The position numbers were made by a program, and so were the translations under genes. A stretch of 64,000 nt of DNA from NCBI GenBank assembly GCA_000092065.1, contig CP000599.1; one strand, given 5' to 3'. The notes beneath the pieces are model-generated. The model had not been told where the DNA came from. It made no database searches and saw nothing but the letters and a program-made list of their open reading frames with translations. Of this stretch, positions 57,499 to 64,000 are shown in pieces. Every line of letters starts with the position of its first letter. The first letter of the stretch is position 1. The stretch is from Ostreococcus lucimarinus. Taxonomy: Eukaryota.

Positions 57499-59328
57499 AT
57501 GGCGACGCCGCGCGCGGCGGCGGCGGCGGTGGCGGCGCGACCGTCGACGCCGCGCCGACGCGCGCGCGCGCGCGCGGGCGACGGGCGACACCTCGACGCG
57601 ACGGCGGACGCGGTGCGCGCGGCGGGCGTCGCGGCGCGGCGCGCGGCGCCGCGAACGGGACGCGCGGAGGACGGGGAGGAGGACGCGCGGGGGCGACGCG
57701 CGGTGTACGTGGAGACGTACGGGTGCCAGATGAACGTGAACGACTCGGAGGTGATGATGGCGGTGCTCGAGGGCGCGGGGTACGACGAGACGAAGGAGGT
57801 GAACGACGCGGACGTGATTCTGATCAACACGTGCGCGATTCGGGATAAGGCGGAGGCGAAAATTTGGCAGCGGTTGGCGTACTTTCGATCGCTGGGGAAC
57901 GGGAAGAAACGGAGCGAAAAGCCGGTGGTGGGCGTGCTGGGATGCATGGCGGAGAGGATCAAGGAGAAGTTGTTGGAGGCGGATAGGCTGGCGGACATCG
58001 TGGCGGGACCGGACGCGTATAGGGATTTGCCGAATCTCATCGACGCCGTCGTCGGGAATCCGGGAGGGAAGGCGATGAACGTGCAGTTGAGCGTGGAGGA
58101 GACGTACGCGGACATCATTCCCGTGCGCGAGGCGGGGTCGCACTCGGCTTTTGTCACCATCATGCGCGGGTGCGACAACGCGTGCGCGTTTTGCATCGTG
58201 CCGTACACGCGCGGACGCGAGCGCTCGCGCGATTTGGCGAGCATCATGTACGAGATTCGTCTTTTGAGCGAACAAGGGGTGAAAGAGGTCACTTTGCTCG
58301 GGCAAAACGTGAACTCGTACGCGGGAGAGCCCGCGAGCGCGACGACGACGGATTTCTTGAGCTCACTGCGAGGCGAATCCAAAGACCCGATCGCCGAGCT
58401 CGCGAACGCGTCGACGGAACGTTTGGCGAGCGCGAGCGGTAGCGCGTTCGTCGGCTACGCCGATGGCTTCGCGAGTCGGTACGATCCCGAGCGCAAGCGA
58501 GCGGGGACGATTCAATTCGCCGAGTTGCTCGATAAAGTCGCGAGCGTGGATCCCGAGATGCGCATTCGTTTCACGTCGCCGCACCCGAAGGATTTCCCCG
58601 ACGACGTCTTGCGAGTGATTCGCGATCGACCCAACGTGTCGAAGTGCTTGCACATGCCCGCGCAGAGCGGGTCGTCGGCTACCTTGGAGCGCATGGCGCG
58701 TGGGTACACGCGCGAGTCTTACTTTGCCCTCATCGATCGCGTCAAGGCGATGATTCCGGGGTGCGCCATCACCACGGATATCATCAGCGGCTTTTGCGGC
58801 GAGACCGAGGACGATCACGAGGACACCGTGAGTTTGATGAGCGCGATCGGATACGAACAAGCGTTCATGTTCGCTTACAGCGAACGCGAGGGCACGGCGG
58901 GGCAAAGACACCAAATCGACGACGTCCCCGAAGACGTGAAGCAGCGGCGTCTGCAGGAAGTCATCGACGCCTTTCGAGCGCGCGCGGCGGAGAAGCAACA
59001 GATGGAGATCGGTTCCACGCATTGCGTGTTGGTGGAGGGTCCGAGTAAGAAAAACTCCGACGAGTGGACGGGGAAGACGGACACATCGAAGTGGGTGGTG
59101 TTCGAAAAGAATGATGCCATCGGCAAGTACGCCGGCGACGAAGACGCGCCGACGAGCGGGTCGTACGGCGTCAAGCCTGGAGATTACGTCGCCGTTCGCG
59201 TCACTGGGTGCAGTACGGGGACGTTATTTGGTCAAGTTCTCGGTAAGACGAGTTTGGTAGAGTTTCAAAACTTGCACGGCGCGCAGTGGACGACGCCAAA
59301 GTCGAGCAACGGCGCGAGCGCGCGTTGA
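57499..59328 (+). CDS. radical-SAM tRNA methylthiotransferase, MiaB/CDK5RAP1 family, organelle-targeted
   Basis: Collinear with MiaB: MTTase N-terminal domain (VYVETYGCQMNVNDSEVM...LINTCAIRDKAE), radical-SAM CxxxCxxC (MRGCDNACAFCIVP), TRAM domain at the C-terminus. A/R-rich presequence. ATG at 57499. TGTAA 9 nt after the stop. Confidence 0.85.
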   Translation: MATPRAAAAAVAARPSTPRRRARARAGDGRHLDATADAVRAAGVAARRAAPRTGRAEDGEEDARGRRAVYVETYGCQMNVNDSEVMMAVLEGAGYDETKEVNDADVILINTCAIRDKAEAKIWQRLAYFRSLGNGKKRSEKPVVGVLGCMAERIKEKLLEADRLADIVAGPDAYRDLPNLIDAVVGNPGGKAMNVQLSVEETYADIIPVREAGSHSAFVTIMRGCDNACAFCIVPYTRGRERSRDLASIMYEIRLLSEQGVKEVTLLGQNVNSYAGEPASATTTDFLSSLRGESKDPIAELANASTERLASASGSAFVGYADGFASRYDPERKRAGTIQFAELLDKVASVDPEMRIRFTSPHPKDFPDDVLRVIRDRPNVSKCLHMPAQSGSSATLERMARGYTRESYFALIDRVKAMIPGCAITTDIISGFCGETEDDHEDTVSLMSAIGYEQAFMFAYSEREGTAGQRHQIDDVPEDVKQRRLQEVIDAFRARAAEKQQMEIGSTHCVLVEGPSKKNSDEWTGKTDTSKWVVFEKNDAIGKYAGDEDAPTSGSYGVKPGDYVAVRVTGCSTGTLFGQVLGKTSLVEFQNLHGAQWTTPKSSNGASAR

Positions 59329-59366
59329 CGCGAGCGATGTAAAATTACACACAATCTAATCATTAT

Positions 59367-61283
59367 TCATCTTTCGTCGACGACCGATTCTTCTTCCGCT
59401 TCATCCTTCGCCCGCACGTATCGTCTCTTCAAGCCGAGCGCCAACGCGACGTCTTCCGCGACGTCTTCTGCTCGAGTGTCCACGACGCACGTGACGTAAA
59501 ACGGTCCCTCCTGCCCCGTGCGCGCCGTGCGTCCGCATCGGTGCACGTGCATCTCCATGGACGGCGCCGCGCCGTACTGCACGACGTGATGTAATTGCGG
59601 AAAATCGATTCCACGCGCCGCGAGATCGGTGCACACGCACGTGGTGAGCTCACCGGAGATGAAATCGTCGAGGACGACGCCGCGCTCCTTCGCCTTGCCG
59701 TGAAACGCGAGCGCGACGACGTCGCGCTCGTCGAGTTTTTGCACGACTTCATCCGCCTCTTCGGGAGAGTTGACGAAGATGAGCGTTTTGTACTGTTTGT
59801 GCCGTTCGAGCGCGTCGGCCAAGGCGGCGAATTTCGCCTCGGCACCGTCGACGTCGTCCACGCGCGTCTTGAGCTGCGGATGCACGCGACCGAATTGCGC
59901 CGTCGAGATCCACTCGAATTCGTCCGCCGCTTCCGCCGGAAATGCGTCGAGCAGAGGCTGCGCCTCGCGCATCGTAGCCGCGGCGAAAACGTACTGCACG
60001 CGCGCGTCGAATCGATTGACCCCACCCTCGCCGTACGTCGCGGCGATGATACCGCCGACGTCGCGAGCGAAACCGCTCGACAACATTTCATCCGCCTCGT
60101 CCACGACGACGTGACGCAAACGACCGAGCAACACCCACTCGTCTTTGATGAGTTTCAGCAAGCGCGCGGGCGTGCACACGAGGATATCGGCGTTGCGAAA
60201 TTCCGGAATCGCCTCCTCGTCTCCCGCGAGCTTCGACTTGTCCGCCGACGTGGATTTCGTCTTTTTCGCTTTGCCCGTCTTGGCGCCGCCCTTGGATTTC
60301 GGTCTCACCAACTTCTTCTCCTTCCCGAGCAGCGCGAACACGCTCGGCGTCGGCACGTCCGCGCTCGCGCTGCTCCAATACGCCGCGAGTTCGGCGGCGT
60401 GCGCGACCTGTCTCCCCAGCTCCACGCTCGGCGTCAACGCGACGCACGCGGGACAACATCGTCCGCTTCGCTTCGTCCCTTTCCTCCCCGGCGTCGTCAT
60501 CGACGCCAATATCGGCAGCAGGTACGCGAACGTCTTCCCCGACCCCGTCTCCGCGAGCAACACCGCGGACTTCCCCCGAACGAGCTCCGGAATCGCCAAT
60601 CGCTGAATCTCCGTCGTCCGCCGCAACCCGGCGTCTCGCGCGTTCGCCGCCAATCCCGCCGGCAATCCCGCCCTCTCGAGCGCGTTCGCCCCCCCCGAAT
60701 CCCCATTCGCGCCCTCTCGCGCCTCTCTCTCCGCGCGCCGCGCGTCCCTCGCCCTTCTCGCCGCCTCCCACGGCCGTTCCGTCCCTCGCTTATACGCCGT
60801 CGCCGCCTTTCCCGAATCCGCCCTCGTCGTCTCCGACCCCCCGTCTCGCCGTCGAATCCTCCCATCCACCGCCCGCGCGTCGACGTCCTCCCCCATCATT
60901 CGCGCCCATCCGCTCAGGCCCTCGTCCTCGCCCCAGTACGCGTCTCGCGCGCGCGTCGCGTCGCCTCTTCTCGTCGCGTCGCGTCGTCGCGTCGCCCTCG
61001 CGAGCGCCGCCGCGCTCGCCGCGCGAAATCCCGCCTCGTCGTCGTCGTCGTCGCTTCGGCGCGCGTTTGAGTCGCGCGTCAATCGCGCGTATTTCGCGTC
61101 GTTCGTCGACGCCCACGAGCGCGCGCGCGGCCGTCGCGCGTCGAGGGCGTCGTCGCCGTCGCGCGTCGAGCCGGCGGCGGCGACGACTCGTCGCGTCGTG
61201 TTCGCGTCCGCGCGCCGCGACGCGACGGGAAAACGACGCGACGACGCGACGGGCGTCGCGCGCGGCGCGAATCGCGCGGGCAT
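59367..61283 (-). CDS. DEAD-box ATP-dependent RNA helicase
   Basis: Motif I AETGSGKT, Ia, II VVDEADEM, III, V ARGID and VI HRCGRTAR are all present. Q-motif region upstream. ~230-aa low-complexity N-terminal extension. Confidence 0.8.
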   Translation of the reverse strand: MPARFAPRATPVASSRRFPVASRRADANTTRRVVAAAGSTRDGDDALDARRPRARSWASTNDAKYARLTRDSNARRSDDDDDEAGFRAASAAALARATRRRDATRRGDATRARDAYWGEDEGLSGWARMMGEDVDARAVDGRIRRRDGGSETTRADSGKAATAYKRGTERPWEAARRARDARRAEREAREGANGDSGGANALERAGLPAGLAANARDAGLRRTTEIQRLAIPELVRGKSAVLLAETGSGKTFAYLLPILASMTTPGRKGTKRSGRCCPACVALTPSVELGRQVAHAAELAAYWSSASADVPTPSVFALLGKEKKLVRPKSKGGAKTGKAKKTKSTSADKSKLAGDEEAIPEFRNADILVCTPARLLKLIKDEWVLLGRLRHVVVDEADEMLSSGFARDVGGIIAATYGEGGVNRFDARVQYVFAAATMREAQPLLDAFPAEAADEFEWISTAQFGRVHPQLKTRVDDVDGAEAKFAALADALERHKQYKTLIFVNSPEEADEVVQKLDERDVVALAFHGKAKERGVVLDDFISGELTTCVCTDLAARGIDFPQLHHVVQYGAAPSMEMHVHRCGRTARTGQEGPFYVTCVVDTRAEDVAEDVALALGLKRRYVRAKDEAEEESVVDER

Positions 61284-61359
61284 CGCGCGCTCGACGCGCG
61301 CGCGGGAGCGCGGTCGCGAGGTCGGCGCGGCGCGCGACCGATTCGATGCGATACTCCAT

Positions 61360-61460
61360 CATGGGGTTAAAATATATTTATATATGTACTGGTTCGTCTA
61401 TGGGTTTGTGTGTATTTATATATGTACCGTATGTCCGATGTGTATATTTATGTATAGACG
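61360..61460. promoter_or_regulatory. AT-rich bidirectional promoter island between DEAD-box helicase(-) and bL19(+)
   Basis: ggggttaaaatatatttatatatgtactggttcgtctatgggtttgtgtgtatttatatatgtaccgtatgtccgatgtgtatatttatgtatagacg contains ccgtatgtccgat. Confidence 0.4.
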
Positions 61461-61630
61461 CACACACGACGCCATTCGAGGGTTTCGCGCTGTGCGACGC
61501 GCGACCGCACCTCGCGACGCGACGCGCGACGACGAACGACGCGTCGCGAAACGCGCGCGCACGTTTATTTACCGCCGCTCGACGCGACCGCCGAAGCTCG
61601 CTCGACGCGACCGCGACGCACACGCGGACG

Positions 61631-62542
61631 ATGATGACGACGACGACGACGACGCCGGCGCGCGCGACGGCGACGCGGGCGACGCTCGCCGCGCGACGCG
61701 CGACGTCGATTCGCGGCGCGCGATGCGCGCGACCGACGCACACTGCGACGCTTCAACGCTCAACGCGTCGAGCGCGCGTCGAGATCGCGTGCAGCGCGAC
61801 GAAGACGGCGCACTCGTACAGCCACACGAACAAGAAGGGTTTGTCGGCGTACGTCGAGCGCGCGAGCGCGCGACAGACGAAGCGCGATCTGATCCCGTTC
61901 CGAGTCGGGATGACGCTGAGGGTGGGCGTGACGGTGAAAGAAGGGAATAAGACGCGGGTGCAACCCTTCGAGGGGGTGGTGATCGGGATTCACCGCGCGG
62001 GCGTGGCGACGACGGTGACGGTGCGGAAAACCTTGCAGGGGTTCGGCGTGGAGCGAGTGTTTCCGGTGCACTCGCCGTTGTGCACGTTCGAGGAGGTTCG
62101 CGGCGCGGGTAAACCGGTGGTACGTATTTTATTGAGCGTCGACGCGGGCGCGACGGCGCGACGGCGCGACGCGGGACGCGCGAGGACGCGAGACGCGACG
62201 CGCGCGGATAACCCTCGAGCCGCGCGACGCGGACGACTGACCTCGAGCGATCTCTTCTTCATTTTCTCCGCGCAGGTTCGTCGCGCGAAATTATTCTACC
62301 TCCGCCGATTGGTGGGCAAACAAGCGCGCCTGAAGACGCGCTTCGTGTCCAAGCGCGAGGGCAAGACGAGACACGAGATCAAGATGGAAGCCATGCGCGC
62401 CGAGGACGCGCGTCTGCAAGCCGTCGCCGACGCCGAAGCCGCCGCCGCCGCCGCCGCCGCCGAGGCCGCCGCCGCCGCCGAGGCCGCCGCCGCCGAGGCC
62501 GCCGCCGCCGAGGCCGCGTCTTCGGAGGAACCCGCGGAGTAG
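61631..62542 (+). CDS. organellar (bacterial-type) ribosomal protein bL19; proposed join(61631..62119, 62276..62542)
   Basis: bL19 core RVGMTLRVGVTVKEGNKTRVQPFEGVVIGIHRAGVATTVTVRKTLQGFGVERVFPVHSPLCTFEEVRGAGKPV | VRRAKLFYLRRLVGKQARLK. The removed 156 nt (GTACGT donor at 62120, CAG acceptor at 62273-62275) are in frame and stop-free, but encode non-homologous R/A-rich sequence. T-rich transit peptide (MMTTTTTTPARATA). C-terminal poly-Ala/Glu tail. Confidence 0.7.
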   Translation: MMTTTTTTPARATATRATLAARRATSIRGARCARPTHTATLQRSTRRARVEIACSATKTAHSYSHTNKKGLSAYVERASARQTKRDLIPFRVGMTLRVGVTVKEGNKTRVQPFEGVVIGIHRAGVATTVTVRKTLQGFGVERVFPVHSPLCTFEEVRGAGKPVVRILLSVDAGATARRRDAGRARTRDATRADNPRAARRGRLTSSDLFFIFSAQVRRAKLFYLRRLVGKQARLKTRFVSKREGKTRHEIKMEAMRAEDARLQAVADAEAAAAAAAAEAAAAAEAAAAEAAAAEAASSEEPAE

Positions 62543-62753
62543 AGCTTTTAACGCATCGATTCATCACCACGAACGCGTCTTCGCCTCGACGCCCGGCGCC
62601 CGGCGCCGCGCCCCCCCCGGTCACCCTCGCGTCGTCGCGATATCCCTCTTTCACCACCCCGAATACGTACTCAAACCTCATATTTTACCCAACTGTAAAC
62701 CTAACGAATCCCACTCGCCGCGCCATCGCGCCGCACTCCGCGACGCGCGCGCC

Positions 62754-63355
62754 ATGGCCGCCACGATCACGCTCCGCTCGTCCGACGACGAGACCTTCGA
62801 GGTCGACGAGGACGTCGCTTTGTGCGTGCCCGCGCGTGTCGCGACGCGCGAATCGCGACGCGCGAATCGCGACGAAGGAATCGCGTCGAACGATTCGAAA
62901 CCTCGACGACCGACGACCGACGACCGAGGACTGACGAGACGCGACGACGACGCGCGCGCGACGACAGCCTGTCGGAGACGATTAAATCCATCATCGAGGA
63001 CACGGAGAACGACGCGCCGGTGCCGCTGCCGAACGTGAACTCGAAGATTTTGACCAAGGTGATCGAGTACTGCAAGTATCACGTCAAGGCGAAGAAGGAG
63101 AACGAATCCGAGGCGAACGTGAAGGCGTTCAACAACGATTTCGTCAAGGTGGACCAGGCGACGCTGTTTGAAATCATTCTGGCGGCGAATTACTTGAACA
63201 TGAAGGGGCTGCTGGACTTGACGTGCATGACGGTGGCGAACATGATGAAGGGGAAGACGCCGGAGGAGATTCGTAAGACGTTTAACATCAAGAATGATTT
63301 CACGCCCGAGGAGGAAGAGGAGGTTAGGAAGGAAAATCAATGGGCGTTCGATTAA
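62754..63355 (+). CDS. SKP1: SKP1 (SCF ubiquitin-ligase adaptor); join(62754..62821, 62968..63355)
   Basis: Exon 1 [22 protein letters not shown](F) and exon 2 [38 protein letters not shown]...[32 protein letters not shown] are collinear with plant/human SKP1. Phase-2 intron 62822-62967 (146 nt) with GTGCGT donor and CAG acceptor. Confidence 0.85.
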
Positions 63356-63512
63356 TCGACGGTGACGACGAGACGAGACGAGACGACGAACGACGAACGA
63401 CGAGACGAGACGACGAGACTCGAAAAATTTACTGTATCATGAACAACACGATTAGCTAGCGATGACGATGAGAATACGACGACGAAAGAAAACGCATCTT
63501 CAAAACGCCGCG

Positions 63513-63986
63513 TCACAAGTACTCGTTCGCCTTCATCTCCGCGAGCTCGGGTAAGGACACTTCGATCTCGATTTCTTCCTCCTCGCCCTTGGCCGCGAAC
63601 GACGACGTCTTGATCGTCCACGGTCCGCGGGGCTTGCGAACCTCGGTCAAGTCACCGTTTTCGCCCGCGGGCGCGCATTCGAATCCTTCGTCGCGTCGCG
63701 CCAATTGCGCGACGGCTTTCATCGCGAGTTCGAACGCCTGAAGCTCGATGATCGCCGGTCGGGAAATCTCGAGATTGTCGCCGGATTCCTCGTCTAGGGC
63801 GATTTTAAAGAATAGCGGCCACAACACGCCGCCGACTTCACCCTCCGCCGCGACTAACGGCCAATCGTGCGCGTCGCGCGCGTCTAAATCCTCGAAAGGC
63901 GTCTCCACAGCGCTCGAAAACATGCACGTCTGCCCCTCCAAGCTCGGCTCGACGTCCTCGTTCCCGTGCTCGACCTCAAACGCCAC
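63513..63986 (-). CDS. hypothetical protein (N-terminus may extend beyond window)
   Basis: 157-aa ORF with coding-like composition adjacent to the window end. No family recognised. Confidence 0.3.
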   Translation of the reverse strand: MAFEVEHGNEDVEPSLEGQTCMFSSAVETPFEDLDARDAHDWPLVAAEGEVGGVLWPLFFKIALDEESGDNLEISRPAIIELQAFELAMKAVAQLARRDEGFECAPAGENGDLTEVRKPRGPWTIKTSSFAAKGEEEEIEIEVSLPELAEMKANEYL

Positions 63987-64000
63987 CTGCGCATCCTTCA

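Overview
This window is compact, very GC-rich (about 65-70% GC) eukaryotic nuclear DNA. It carries about 45 protein-coding genes on both strands, roughly one per 1.4 kb. The eukaryotic call rests on four things seen in the sequence: (1) unmistakably eukaryotic genes (Mediator MED31, SKP1, LEO1 of the Paf1 complex, alpha-SNAP, NDUFV2, DEAD-box helicase, P-type ATPase); (2) short spliceosomal introns (53-175 nt) with a recurrent GTGCG[T/C] donor and CAG acceptor, which I could place by hand in at least seven genes; (3) an interstitial (TTTAGGG)3 plant-type telomere repeat; (4) TGTAA motifs 12-75 nt downstream of many stop codons, which is the chlorophyte poly(A) signal. ADP-glucose pyrophosphorylase, a twin-arginine (Tat) lumen-type pentapeptide-repeat protein and nuclear-encoded bacterial-type uL3 and bL19 with transit-peptide-like N-termini point to a green alga. 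A prasinophyte-like or trebouxiophyte-like picoeukaryote is my inference, not a proven identification. Most of the long 'ORFs' in the supplied track that lie antisense to or overlap these genes are artefacts of the GC richness (Arg/Ala/Ser-rich, stop-poor). Candidates I rate most interesting: (a) a divergent P-type ATPase (TGD instead of TGES, SDGASD instead of GDGxND) fused in one ORF to a C-terminal class-I SAM methyltransferase domain; (b) a head-to-head Cu/Zn superoxide dismutase and copper-chaperone-for-SOD (CCS) gene pair sharing a 400-bp AT-rich promoter island; (c) a recurring architecture in which 60-180 bp AT-rich islands carrying shared motifs (CGTATG..GTATTGTGT and CCGTATGTCCGAT) sit between head-to-head gene pairs in otherwise GC-rich DNA; (d) a 1445-aa secreted protein with an N-terminal PSI domain and a C-terminal legume-type (L-type) lectin domain; (e) a membrane-anchored protein built of nine near-identical 75-nt (25-aa) DUF285/BspA-like repeats, a family typical of Mycoplasma and other bacteria; (f) telo-box-like elements (TTTAGGG and AAACCCTA) in promoter positions, including about 115 bp upstream of the ribosomal protein uL3 gene; (g) several coding and non-coding tandem repeats (33 bp x8 inside a giant SAP/coiled-coil protein, 75 bp x3.2 upstream of a MiaB/CDK5RAP1-like gene, (GAAGCC)7 in the NDUFV2 5' region).
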